Of a stretch of DNA of 64,000 bases, positions 12,451 through 25,260 are shown one piece after another. The translations under genes and the position numbers were made by a program. How positions within the stretch are numbered: position 1 is the stretch's first letter; every line of letters begins with the position of its first letter. The stretch is taken from contig NC_068981.1 in the NCBI RefSeq assembly GCF_001194135.2, positions 150,657,405-150,721,404 of the forward strand. The letters are read 5' to 3'. Source of the stretch: Octopus bimaculoides (lineage: Eukaryota). The notes under the pieces are model-generated. The model did no database searches. It was not told the DNA's origin and was given only the letters and a program-made list of their open reading frames with translations.

Positions 12451-13054
12451 AATATATATATATATATATATATATAAACACACACACATACACACACACA
12501 CAAAACAGGCATGTATATATATAGACACATATGTACATGGCATGATTTCATGCAAATTGCATTACAAATGACCAATATTTAGTACGCATACTCCTGTTTA
12601 TTTGCTGTCCTCATCTCATTTGGTGTGAATCCACAGTTTGGCTAAGACAAAGAGTACAAGTCAAAAACAAAACAAAACAGGAGAAACTGTTTATAAGATT
12701 GTTTATAAGTTTACACTATCTTATATATATTTCATCAGCATCAAATAATATAAACTACATAATCAAAACATACTGTCATTTGAAAGATGGTTGCTATCCT
12801 GCAATCTTATAAATAAAGGTTACACATCTTTGAAGATTTGACAGTACATTTTTATTATATAATTTACATCATTATATAATTTATAATTCTTTGTTAGTGA
12901 AACACATGTAAGAAGGTGCAACTAAATATATTATAAACGATCTTAATTGTTATGTTCTGTTTAATATATATATATATATATATTCTTTTATTCTTGTACT
13001 CATTTCAGCTATGTGTTTGCGGTCATGCTGGAGCACCACCATGAAGACACACAC

Positions 13055-13435
13055 ACTATGTGGTAGAAAGTTTGCTTTCAGACATGGTTCTAGGTTCAAT
13101 CTCAGTGAGTGTCACCTTGGGCAAATGACTTCTACTCTAGTTACAAAGCCTTGTGAGTAGATTTGGAAGATGGAAACTGAACAATGCCCATCATGTATAC
13201 GTATGTGTGTATAAATATATATGTGTGTGTCTTTGTATTTGTCCCAGCATTGCTTGACAACCAGTGTTGGTTTGTTCATATCCCTGTAACTTTGCAATTC
13301 AGCAAGAGTTTAACAGAATAAGTACCAGGTTTAAATAAGAAATACTGGGGTTGATTCATTCGACTAAAACTCTTGAAGGTGTTGCCCCAATATGGCCACA
13401 AACTAATGACAAACAAGTTAAGAGATTAAAGAAAA
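13055..13435 (+). mobile_element. tRNA-derived SINE, family A (diverged copy)
   Basis: Colinear with the well-preserved copy at 32555-32991. Confidence 0.8.
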
Positions 13436-13572
13436 ATAAATATATAAATATATATGTATGAATGTATGTATGTATGTATGCATGTATATATGCATTGAAG
13501 AGCTAATGATAGATTCTTCTAGTGTAAAAAGAATCTATCATGCAGTGGAAAGGGAATGATTAAAGTGTGTGT

Positions 13573-13613
<41 letters not shown>

Positions 13614-14190
13614 ATTCAAATGAAAAAAACAGGCATATGCACAATACACACATGTGAACACTGATGGTGCACAAATACATACTGTGTATGTATATTTGAG
13701 AGTGGGGTACATGTATATGTATACATGTGATTAGCACTTGTATGTGTATGTGTATGTGTATATGTGCCAGTAAGAGTTGTTTGAATTTCTCTCACTCTCT
13801 CTCTCTCTCTCACTGTTTACCGAACAATTTTCTATATGCATCTTCACGCAAATTGTCAAAGATTGAATATCTAGCTATGTATTTTATTATCTATATCTTA
13901 ATAACTGCATTTTATAACTTTCTTCATAACATGTGTACACCAGCATGTCCCAGATAGTTTCCCCAACTATCATAAATGCTGAAGGTGCATTCACAGAATA
14001 ATTTTATAAGAAAGCAGAAGAGCATAAATTTTTATTAAAATATATTTGGTTTCTGCTATATATATATGTAGGAGAATTCACGAAAAAACAACAGACACAT
14101 ATATATGTGTGTGTGTGTGTATAAATACATACATGTATATACACACAAACACACATATATATATATATACACATACATATTTATATCCAT

Positions 14191-14278
14191 ATACACACAC
14201 GTTTATATACATACATATACACGTTTATATACATATACACACACGTTTATATACATATATATACATGTTTATATACAT
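14191..14278. repeat. 22-bp minisatellite x4 within an AC/AT microsatellite field
   Basis: Core ACACGTTTATATACAT; its G recurs at 14201, 14223, 14245 and 14267 (exact 22-nt period). Confidence 0.85.
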
Positions 14279-14365
14279 ATACGTATTATATTTATACACA
14301 CACATACATATTTATATGCACATACACACACATATGCATACATTTATATACACACACACTTGTGT

Positions 14366-14402
<37 letters not shown>

Positions 14403-14889
14403 TCTGTGTGTTTGTCTGTGTGTGTGTATTTATTATACATATATTTACAAACAAATAATTCTTTATAGAATATTCACTTTCCAATAATCAAAGGTGAGAG
14501 CTACTATATGAATTTCAATTTTTTGCAATGTTTATAATTAATTTCTTTTGTTTTGATCAGGCTCCATCATTGGATTTTCATATTTTTCTTTCATCTCCAC
14601 AAATATCAAAAAAGGATATTTTTCAAGAAATAGAGCATAGAGTGAGCAAAATAAAGAGAGCAAGAGAGAGAGAGAGAGGCGGGGTTGCAGGCGAAATATA
14701 TTCTAAAGCATGATTATTAAAAGATTTGAATATAAACATGTTTACTTAATGAAATGAGATGTTGAAGTAACCAACACATCATCTCCCCTTCTCACACTCT
14801 CTCTTTCTCCCATCCTCTCTTATTCTTCCCTACTTACTGTACCATTATTATTATTATTAATAGTAGTAGTAGTTGCAACATTATTTAGA

Positions 14890-15106
14890 CGGTGGGCTGG
14901 TAGAATCGTTAGCATGTTGGACAAAATATTTAGCAGTATTTCGCCTGATGCTATATTCTGAGTTCAAAATCTGCCAAGGTCGACTTTACCTTTCATCCTT
15001 TCGGGGTCAACACATTGGGGGGTCACTGTAGTTGACTCATCCCCACCTTTCCCAGGCTGCCCTTGCGGCAAAATTTTGAAATAATAATAATATTAATAAT
15101 AATGAT

Positions 15107-15144
<38 letters not shown>

Positions 15145-15637
15145 AGGTGGTGAGCTTGTAGAATTGTTAGCATGCTGGACGAAATACTTAGCAATATTTT
15201 GCCCATTGTTACATTCTGAGTTCAAATTCCACCAAAGCCAACTTTACATTTCATCCTTTCAGGATTGATAAACTAAGCACCAGTTGTGTATTGGGGGTCG
15301 ATGCAATCAGCTATCGCCACCCCCAAATTTCAGGCTTTGTCCCTATAGTAGAAAGGATTAGAATTATTATTAAGGCCCATATATATATAATTATATTTAT
15401 ATATGATGCCCATATATAAATAATTATTATTAAGCCGGCAGAATCATTAGTATGCCAGGCAAAATGCTTAGAGGTATCTCGCCCATCACTATGTTCTGAA
15501 TTCAAATTCCACCAAGGTTGACTTTGCCTTTCATCCTTTCAGGGTCAATAAATTAAGTACCAGTTGCGTACTGGGATCAATCTAATTGACTTGACCCCTC
15601 CGCCAAAATTTCAGGCCTTGTACCTATAGTAGAAAGG

Positions 15638-15681
<44 letters not shown>

Positions 15682-16085
15682 GGCAGCAAGCTGGCAGAAT
15701 TGTTAGTGCACCAGACAAAATGCTTTAGCAGCATTTCTTTCAGCTCTTTAGCCTCAAGGTTTAAATACCACTGAGGTCATCTTTACCTTTCCACTTTTTG
15801 GGGTTGATAAAATAAAGTACCAATTGAGTACAGGGGTTGGTGTAATTAACTGAAACCCTCCCTCTAAAATTACTGGCCTTGAGCCAAAATTGGAAGCTAT
15901 TAATATTATTGTCATTATGATGGTGAGCTGGTAGAACTTTTAGCATGCTGGGCAAAATGCTTAGTGACATTTCGTTTGTTTCTACGTTCAGGATCAATAA
16001 AATAAGTATCAGTCAAGTATAGGGGTCAATGTAATCAACTAACACTTCCCCACAAAATTTCGGGTCTTGTGCCTAAAGGAGAATA
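14890..16085 (+). mobile_element. Five head-to-tail copies of the ~210-bp CORE-type SINE (family B), each with a (TAA/TAG/TTA)n tail
   Basis: Starts near 14890, 15145, 15432, 15680 and 15920. Shared motifs GAGCTGGCAGAA, TTCTGAGTTCAAATT, TTTCATCCTTTC.GGGTC.ATAAA.TAAGTACCAG. Confidence 0.9.
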
Positions 16086-16896
16086 TTATTATTATTATTA
16101 TTATTGTTGTTGTTGTTGCTGTTGTTGTTGTTGTTGTTGTTCGCCTTAATTCATAGAAGCTGCACCCAAGTCTCAAACAGAGAGGTCAAGGCACAATGGT
16201 TTTGCATCTACAGATGCTAACAAGTGAGGTGCAATGCAATAGAGAAAACTGATGCTCGTATATAAAAAAGTCTTCCCGATTATTCACCCAGCCACCCTTA
16301 TATATTGTACAGAAGCCACACATCATCTTTATAGAAAGATACATGTGCCTATCCCTCCATCATACTCTACCCTCTCGACACATACCATAAAGCTGCCTCT
16401 CTCTCTCTCTCTCTCTCTCCACAACTACAACCTCATTCAGTTGAGTAAGATTTTTCTTTGTCTTGCAAATTACTTGAAGACCTCAGAAGTAGTGGTGCCC
16501 TGAAAATAGCACCCAGTACACTCTGCAAAGTCACTGACATCCAATCTGTAGAAGCCATGACAAAACAGACACTGAAGTTCAATGTAGCCCTTTGGCTAGT
16601 TGGATCCGGTCAAGCCATCCAACCCATGCCATCAGAGAAGACAGACATTAAATGATAATATATATATATTTATTTTGTGAGTCAAGTTTCACATTACTGT
16701 AGTTTTTGAGCAGGAATCATATACTCTACACATATTGAACTCTCACTCGACAACAAAATTCAATGACTGTGTGTGTGTATGTGTGTGTGTTTCTCCACCA
16801 TTTGACAACCAGTGTTGATGTTTGATTAACACTACAAAGCAATGCTATGGCATAATTGCAGTCCAATGATAGAACAAGTATGAGCATGTGTCCATG

Positions 16897-16969
<73 letters not shown>

Positions 16970-17099
16970 GCAAATGCATATGTGTAAATATAAATGTATA
17001 TACATGTATGTGTGTGGATGCATAGACTGTGAACATGTCTATGTTCAAATCTGTTCATTTTTATTAAATATTTTTCATATTATTAATTAGACCTTTACA

Positions 17100-17690
17100 T
17101 TCAGTTTGGAACACTATCATTCCTAAATCCATTAGTCCATTAATGTATCAAAGGTATTTCAACACCCTTGGAATGAAATGATTGTTGAACAGTATGTTTT
17201 CACACACTTTGCTTTGGATCACAAAAAATGGGGAAAGTGTTGGTGATTTTTGTTGTTTTTGACGAGCATTTAAAAATTATTCAACAGTTAAGTCTGATAG
17301 TTTTTGGGGGTTTTTTTAATTTTTTTTTTTGTTAATTTCATTTGTGATTTACCTGTGTGATTATGTTGTTTTTTAGGTTTTATTTTCTGTTGAATATTCT
17401 CAATATTTGTGTAATCCTGTATAGAACTTTACTGATGATGATGTTCCTAACTATTGTATTTTTATCAAGTTGTTTACCATGCATTTCATTGTAGCATGTT
17501 ACAATGGCTCTGTTTAAACGCAGTCATTCAAGTAGTGTTGAATTTAGCAGTTTGATTCATGAAGTTTACAATTTTCATGTTTGGAACTGTAAATTTCCTA
17601 AGTATTGTCAAAGTATTTTCTAGAATTCATTGGTTTGTAATTTTGAATTAATGAGATTTTCCATGATATGTGCCAAGTAAAAAGCATTGT
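17100..17690 (-). pseudogene. Possible highly degenerate L1/Tx1-like RT relic
   Basis: Minus-strand ...MHGKQLDKNTIVRNIIISKVLYR loosely resembles the L1/Tx1 LS..G+.....I.SK..Y motif. Many stops. Confidence 0.3.
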
Positions 17691-17694
17691 TGTA

Positions 17695-17890
17695 AGTGCT
17701 GGTGCCACGTAAAAAGCACTGGTGATGATGTCACATAAAAAGCACTCAGTACACTCTGTAAAGTGGTTAATGTTAGGATGGGCATCCAATTATAGAAATC
17801 AAGCCAAAACAGACTATGAAACTTGGTGTGGCTCCTGGAGCTGTCCAATCCACACCAGCATGGAAAATGGATGGTAATAGATGATGATAA
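17695..17890 (+). mobile_element. RTE 3' tail (diverged)
   Basis: GCCACGTAAAAAGCACT...GTTAGGATGGGCATCCA...CCAGCATGGAAAATGG..GATGAT. Confidence 0.7.
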
Positions 17891-18214
17891 TATTCTAATG
17901 GTGGGTTTGTGGTTAGAAGTGATACATATGTCCACTTGACCTGTTTCATCAGTCATGTCAGTAACAAAAACATTATAAAAAATGATAACAAAAAGTTTAG
18001 CGACTTATTTACAGGTAAAGAGTAACAAGTACTGCCATACTTGCAATAAGTAAAATTTGGTGAATCGAGAGTAAGCTTTAAGTAGCTCAGCATGAACTAA
18101 ATAACACCCTCTATATTGTAATCCAACAAGTGAAACAACAACAATCCTTGGACATTACTGTATCATGTCCTAACACGGCTGCTCAATTTGCACAGTATGA
18201 AAGTGATTAGGATC

Positions 18215-18394
18215 ACAAAATCCCCTTCAATGGGGCACCAGTCTGTCATTGGCCACTTATCTGAAGCTAAGTGACTAGAGCAACATGAATTGAAGTGTTT
18301 TGTTCAATAACACAATGCACCCATTGGACCAGGAATTGAAACCACAATCTTGCAATGAGTGCAACACTCTAATCACTAGATCACATGCTTTCAC
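18215..18394 (-). mobile_element. tRNA-derived SINE, family F (5' part)
   Basis: Reverse complement carries a tRNA-like head; related to 53909-54250. Confidence 0.6.
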
Positions 18395-18471
18395 TAAAAC
18401 AAAATTATTACATTGCAAAATATATAGCAGACTACAAGACAGTCCAAAATATTTTTTAAATTACAACAATA

Positions 18472-18688
18472 CACCATTTCGAGCGTGGCTGTCGCCAGTA
18501 CCCGCCTGACTGGCTCTCATGCCGGTGGCACGTGAAAGCACCCACTATACTCTCGGAGTGGTTGGCGTTAGGAAGGGCACCCAGCTGTAGAAACTCTGCC
18601 AAATCAGATTGGAGCCTGGTGTCGCCTCCTGGTCCACCAGTCCTCAGTCAATCGTCCAGCCCATGCTAGCATGGAAAGCGGACGATAA

Positions 18689-18718
<30 letters not shown>
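18472..18718 (+). mobile_element. RTE 3' tail with one 65-bp repeat unit and (GAT)n
   Basis: High similarity to 2846-3095. Confidence 0.9.
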
Positions 18719-18722
<4 letters not shown>

Positions 18723-19559
18723 GTATAAGTGAAAATTAAACTCATTGAATAATCTCATGTTAGCTAGCTATCACTTTATAATATTATTAGAGTACCTTTT
18801 TAACACCTTCCAGCTGAAGAAGCATGTTAAAATCTTTACGTGCATAAATAGTACAATAATCTTGTACTAGATTTATGAAGGTAGCCCTCATATCTGTTTT
18901 ATACGAAATAATCTTGATTTGTTTCAAATCCATTTTATAGCTAGTGTGCATGTGCATACACACACACACACTATCCATATAATATGCACTTGCATTTTGG
19001 TGTGAACTGATATTAACATAAATGCATTGGTTGCTTGTTAAATTTTGGAAGGCTGTTATTACCATTTCTTCTGAAGATGCCTGCAATCAAAAACTTATAG
19101 TTCCTAAAATAACTGTAGCTCGCTTTCATGGGCTTAAGAATGTCTTATTGATATTGAATATACTTAAGATTTCAGGAGGATTAAACCAAGTGATGTTACC
19201 ATGCTATCTTGACAACAAATTCTTCAGTAAGGAGTTGGTTTACAGTGCTAATATGAAGATTAGCAGACTACACTCAATGCCTTTTTTTTTTTTAGAATTA
19301 GTAGAACATACCTTTCAGAACAGGTATAAACAGTACACATTTTTTTAGGGTATCCACAGAATGAAACAACATCTGTTTCACAAGAGATCTTAAGACTGAT
19401 TTATAAAGGGATCGCGAACTTTAAGACACTGTGGTCATTGTTTTAATTCACCAGTGCATATTCTGAAGGATCTAGATTATGTTGCTTTTACACCCTTGTA
19501 AAATTCCTCATATTAACCCCTAGATTTAACTTGATGTCTAGGAAAACTCTTTTTTCTTC

Positions 19560-20140
19560 ATACGTGGATAAAGAACTTGAATTTGGTAATTAAATCATTT
19601 TTGCTTTATTTCATTGAAGCATTGATTAGTTGTTTTTCCTGTCCTGTTAATATACATGTCACTGTCCACCTCAACATTTTTTTTCCTTCATTCTTCCATT
19701 TTTTTCCCTTTATACAACTGTAACTTTCTCTTTATCACTTATCTCAACCATCAACACTCTGAATATATTTACAATTTCCTCACCATTGTCTCTTTCTTGA
19801 TTCAGTCAATTACTTACATAATCACAAACCATGAACTTTCTTATTCACTTCCACACTCCTCACATTTCTCTACAATTCTACTGTAGCTAATTGTATTAAA
19901 CTTTCAGTGTAGTCCAGCAAGCAATCTTCTAACTACCTCTCTTTCTTTTCTAACAACTTTTTCTCTTTTTCTTTATACTTCTTTACATTTCTGTATCCTT
20001 TTCTTCCTCTTCTCTTACTCCACCCTGTTTTCTCTTCCTCCCTGCCTTCTTTCAAGTATTGCTTCCTTATATTGCAGTTTTTCTTGCTCTATCACTTTTA
20101 TTTCTAGTTTTATATCTAAATATCTTCTCAAACATTGAAT
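19560..20140 (-). pseudogene. Degenerate non-LTR retrotransposon ORF2 C-terminus with zinc-knuckle relic
   Basis: Minus strand reads VVRRLLAGLH*KFN..YSRIVEKCEECGSE*ESSWFVIM (CxxC...ES..H..C-like). Many stops. Confidence 0.4.
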
Positions 20141-20689
20141 ATTATGAAATTTCAAATATTAGAATCTCGGTATACAGAAACTTTATGTTGACTAAATACA
20201 CAGCACATGTATAAGCTGTAATCTATAATAAAACCTTTAGTTGGACCAAAAATAGCAACAGGAATTTCAGAGCAAGAACAGTGCAAAATATCAGTTTACT
20301 TTCTCATACTACATAAACACACACACACACAGACACACACACACACACACACAAATAGTAAAAATGGCTGAATGCTACAAATATAAAGAAAAGCTGATAC
20401 ATAAAATTTTATCAATTGATTTTCAAAGGATTGTCCTTAAGTAAATATATTGCAGATTTGCATTCTTGCAGTATTAAATTTCTTCAGATTGTGAAAAACA
20501 GATTATAATATCCTTTCTGAGAATTAATGTTTAAAGATGAAAATTCAGCATCAAATATTTTTTATAAAAAATTTAAAAAATATACAGGAATTAAAAATTA
20601 AAATTTATGAAAATATTTACGTAGAAGTAAAGAGCATAAATATGGAAAGAGTTTTCATCTATATAATGCTATGAATTATCTAAATAACA

Positions 20690-20920
20690 AAGATGCTTGC
20701 GGCAATGTTGCTTTGCTAAGAATGGATGTACAAAATTAGTTAAAAAGATGATACTAATAAACTCAAAAATAACAAAAGTGCCATGAAATATACAATGATA
20801 AAACCCACCATTTAATATAACAGCAAAACTACTGTTAAATTTCACTAAGTTATTTACCAAACATTTATACTCCTTCAGAAATACAATAAAATTTTTAAGA
20901 ATACCATTAAACATTCATAT
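20690..20920 (+). pseudogene. Degenerate Penelope-like RT thumb relic
   Basis: NIQ**NPPFNITAKLLLNFTKLFTKHL resembles PLE NI.W.NPPFN......F..L..KH. Confidence 0.4.
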
Positions 20921-21090
20921 TCTACTTATCAAAGTTTACATACGTACTTCTCATACATGCACAAATTCAATACATAAACCAACATCCAATCCTTTTAGGT
21001 GTAAATGTAGCTGTAATAACGTCATGTGTTCACTGGATCTCAATTGTCTTGAAAGATGCACTCTACCAAAGTCAAACAGAGACCCATAAT

Positions 21091-21135
<45 letters not shown>

Positions 21136-21399
21136 NNNNNNNNNNNNNNNNNNNNNNNNNNNNNNNNNNNNNNNNNNNNNNNNNNNNNNNNNNNNNNNNN
21201 NNNNNNNNNNNNNNNNNNNNNNNNNNNNNNNNNNNNNNNNNNNNNNNNNNNNNNNNNNNNNNNNNNNNNNNNNNNNNNNNNNNNNNNNNNNNNNNNNNNN
21301 NNNNNNNNNNNNNNNNNNNNNNNNNNNNNNNNNNNNNNNNNNNNNNNNNNNNNNNNNNNNNNNNNNNNNNNNNNNNNNNNNNNNNNNNNNNNNNNNNNN
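21136..21399. other. Assembly gap (264 N) inside a (TG)n array
   Basis: N run flanked by TG repeats. Confidence 1.
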
Positions 21400-22594
21400 G
21401 TGTGTGTGTGTGTGAAGCTCGTGTCAAACTCCTTTAAAACTTGCTACAATCAACATACATTCATTCAGAAATAAACAATAAAAAGAGCAACACCTTTCAT
21501 TCGGGATATGAAAACAAGAAACAATTCAATAACAAGTGTAACATAGATCTGGGCTAAATCCTACAACTCTAGTGAGAAAAAAAAAAATCATGTAATCTAT
21601 GTCTTATAGAAACTTATAAAATATTCTCGGTAAAGTCATCAACAAATGTTCTGAAAGAATATCTTCATGCCAAAATAAATATATTAGACTCAGATATTTT
21701 GAGCACACAATATATCCTAAAAACACATCACTTCATCTTATTTGTCTACAAGTTCTTCACTCAGTCAACTTCAAGTAATTTCAATACCTATAGCACTACA
21801 TAATTTTAAATGTAAACTAACCATATCTAGCCCTTCTTAAGCAAATATTCATATCAATATAGAACTTTTAGTGTTATTTATGAAGCTTGTAAGTTAAGTA
21901 GGTAGTCTGAATTTGTTGAGATTAGGAGATTCCGCATGACTAATTACATAGTAAACGTAAACTAAAACAAGCTTTCAGTTTTTCTCCCAAAATGGTTTTC
22001 AAAGCCTTCTTTATATTTATTCAAAAGTTTCAACAATTATCAACACCAGTCATCTAATTTCTATGGACAGTATATTATTTCATACCTTTTAATACCAATG
22101 TTATATTTTTGTAAACTTTTAAGCATTAAGAAAAGAGAAATGATGACTAGATTCCATTTTTTAAAAGCTGAAGAAATTTATTTAACATATACCTGAAAGC
22201 AATACATTTAAAATAAAATTTTTAAGTTTTTCAATATTCAACTTATTAGCTTCTCTTTGTAACTAAATAGGAGGTTGACAATTTATCATCCACTTTTAAC
22301 AAATATTTGAATATAGTTTAGTTTTTTAATATTTTCACCATTTAATATAATGAGTACAAAGTATGTCTAATTGTAATGTTGATAAACCAGTTGATATTTA
22401 CACCTACCAACTAAATTACAAGATGACAGTGATGACACATGAGTTAGAACCAAATGCCTGAGTTCATGATAAAAAAGAAAAAAAATACCTAAATCCTTAA
22501 TGATCAAAATAACAAGTTAATTAAGTTAGTGTTAATAAATTTACTATAGTGAATAACTAAATAAATATATAAATCACATATGAATCAATAAGAG

Positions 22595-22797
22595 AGCCTC
22601 TGTGTGATTGCTTGTCTACTAAAAAAAAAGCAACCAAATCTTCCTAAAAATCACACTTTACCACCTTAAGTATGTTAGGCCTCATCCTAGTCCTAGATAT
22701 ACTGTGTCTAATAAAAGATGGAATAGTCACATCTGGAACATCTTTGAACATCAGTTGATCAGAATTAACCTGAATCTGAATAATAACAGTAACAACT
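22595..22797 (+). mobile_element. ~200-bp interspersed repeat (family G) ending in (AAC)n; copies near 9405, 26690, 34650, 35575 (-), 44300, 48830, 60765 and 63405
   Basis: Shared CTA.TAGAAATAGCA.CCAAATCT.CC.CAAATCACAC ... GATAATGTAGTCCTAGATA ... GGATGGTCATG ... GCTAAACAAC. Confidence 0.7.
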
Positions 22798-22919
22798 AAA
22801 GTTAAGTTTTCTACCTGATATTTTTAGTGGAATATTTTTCTTTTGCCAAAATTAAAACAAGAACGATAAAATGATAAAGCATCTTTATAGAAATATCAAT
22901 AAGTATTAAGCAAATTTAC

Positions 22920-23884
22920 CTTGATCCTAAAAGTGATTGGTTAGAAAGCTGTTTCTTCACAAGATCCTGAAGCTTGCTCTCTCTTGTCGCTAACAAGATA
23001 TTGTCTGTAGACTGAACACTGAATCTGTCCTTATTTTCAATGTTCTTTTCACATACACTCATGCATCTCTGGTTGCCTGGCAACACAGAACTGCTACAGT
23101 TTGTACTAGAAATATCTACGTTACTGTCATTGGCAGCAGTCGTAGATTTTGGACCATATTTTGAGATGCTTACTGAATCTCCATCTCTATCTTCACCAGA
23201 AAACTCTATAGAGTCAAAATGTGCTAGTGGAGCATGAAGACTGACATCATCAACAAAAATATCAGAAACTTGACTTGTGGCACGATCCATGCTGGTGACC
23301 ATAGTTCGTGTCCAGTCTAGACTGTCAGTAGACTTCCAGGAAAGCCTGCTGGACTTTCTCTCAATACGTCCTTTGCATTTTGGTTTACGGTGAATAACAC
23401 TAGTTTCGTAAGGTCTCCTAGGCTGTGGTGGTAGTTTTGCAGCAGAAGATCTTGATGCTGTTGTCCAATCAACATTACTCTCAGGTAGTTTGGTCAAGTA
23501 TTCAAACTTGCAATGACCATTTACTTCACAGTTCTCTCCACAAGCACATGGTCCATTGTCGATGAGTTCAAATGTGTCTGTTGCTTCCCGTAACTCACTG
23601 TTTTCAGCAAGCTCTTTTGTCTCTTTGTTGCACTGTGAAGATATTAGACTTTCAATACCACTGTCAATTGTATTAATCTTGACTTCCTCTCCTTTCTCTT
23701 GTCCACTTACAGCACTTGACTGAGACGCTGAGGCCGGTTGCCCACTCTGATCTTTGACAGGTTTATACACGTATAGTGATCCATTTGGTTGGTGGCGCCC
23801 TCCAGCAGAATCTTTAGGAATTGGCGGACTCCTCGTGTTACTCTCAGCCGCATCATGACCTGACTTAGAGTAACACGTTCCCAT
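22920..23884 (-). CDS. First coding exon of an unnamed gene; predicted N-myristoylated/palmitoylated, largely disordered protein (MGTCYSK...)
   Basis: 322-codon open frame in non-repetitive DNA. ATCATGG Kozak at 23884, with an in-frame TGA six codons upstream. Acceptor TATTCTTTCTATATTTCAG|G at 23922/23921; donor AG|GTAAAT at 22920/22919 (phase 2, matches the 9225 exon). Confidence 0.9.
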
Positions 23885-23940
23885 GATTAATTCAGGGTAT
23901 CAGTCCAGTTTTATAAGTGACCTGAAATATAGAAAGAATA

Positions 23941-24235
23941 ATGATAACACTAATAATAATAACACTAATAATAATAACACTAATAATAATAACACTAATA
24001 ATAATAATAATCATAATAATAATAATAATAATAATAATAATGGTTTCGAATTTTGGGAAAGCGGGTAAGTCAATTGCATTGATCTCAGTGCTCAACTGGT
24101 ACTTATTTTATCGACCTGAAAGGATGAAAGGCAAAGCTGACCTCACCAGAATTTAAACACTGAAAGTAAAGATGAACGAAATGCCACTAAGCATTTTGCC
24201 TGGCAAGCCAACAATTCTACCAGCTAGTCACCTTG
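23941..24235 (-). mobile_element. Family B SINE (24041-24235) whose (TTA)n tail (23941-24040) abuts the exon acceptor
   Basis: Reverse complement of family B. The tail contains a 15-bp unit TAATAATAATAACAC x3 (23951-23995). Confidence 0.85.
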
Positions 24236-24529
24236 ATAATAAGAAGAAATAGTATTAATGCAGATATTTATGTCAAAGACCACCAGGAAAAGAAATTCTT
24301 ATTAATTACAGTATTCATCCCAACAAATGATACTCTTTAACCAAAAGAACAGAGAATATATCTTAAGGGATAACATAAATGCTGGAGTTAAAAGCAGAAA
24401 TAATCTGTACAATAACAGGTATATCAAGAAATGATCATTAAACATGCAGACAAACATATAACCAAAACCCTAGGATGAACAAATATGCATGGCACTGCAT
24501 ACATATTACATAGGTACCTTGCATTATAT

Positions 24530-25260
24530 AGGAGTGGCTGGGAGTAGCTAGAAAGAAGTCAATGATGTTGGTGACAAGGTGTCACAGCATACTTTAAGAT
24601 ACAAGAAAGTGAGTATAAGAGAGAATATGAACCAAGGTTTGGGAAGGGGTGGTGAACAAGTGAGAGGAGAGTGACAAGTGGTTAGAGGTGAGGGTAGAGG
24701 TTAATGTAGCAAAAAATGTACTAGGGTGGGGGGAGAAGGGAAGAGAAATAACCCAAGAGCGAGGAGGTGATAAGTTCCAGTATAGGAAGGGTGAAGGCAG
24801 CAATATAGATAGATCAAGAAATAAGGAAAAGATGTAGAGGGACAGAGATGACAGTTAGAAGTATGTAGTGGTAGCTACAAGGAACAAGAGGTGGTGGTGT
24901 CGACAGCAGATAAGAAAGGATATTAAAGGTGAGATAAGTGGAAGCACGGAGAGCAGAGGTGATCGGTGGGAAATAAAGTGAAAAGGGATGATAATGGGAG
25001 CACAAAGGGGAAGAAATATATGCAGATTTTGCAGTCACATGATTTCAGCAGCAAAATAGTGCCATTCTTAGAAGAGTGGTGGAGGGATGAGAGATAGAAA
25101 AATGGAAGGTGGGTAAAGTTGGATGAAGACAAGATGGGTGCAAGAGCAAGTCCTAGTGAGTGTACAGACATAAACATAGTGCTATGCACACACACTCAAT
25201 GGACCTTACCACTGCACCCAATCTTTCCTCCCATCAAGCTTATATATATATAAAGTAGTT
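24530..25260. other. Purine-rich (plus strand) degenerate repeat-like segment, unclassified
   Basis: Strong strand asymmetry and no sustained ORF; probably a retroelement relic. Confidence 0.3.

Noticed and set aside
14046-14468. ORFs rich in CV/HT/YI dipeptides (also near 16726-17090, 20951-21474, 27867-28564)
   Set aside because: Dinucleotide microsatellites and N gaps lack stop codons.
18464-18727. TSD around the RTE tail at 18472
   Set aside because: AACAATA versus AACAGTA is short and imperfect in AT-rich DNA.
19071-19100. CTGAAGA as a hammerhead core
   Set aside because: No proper stem II-GAAA or stem I/III pairing follows.
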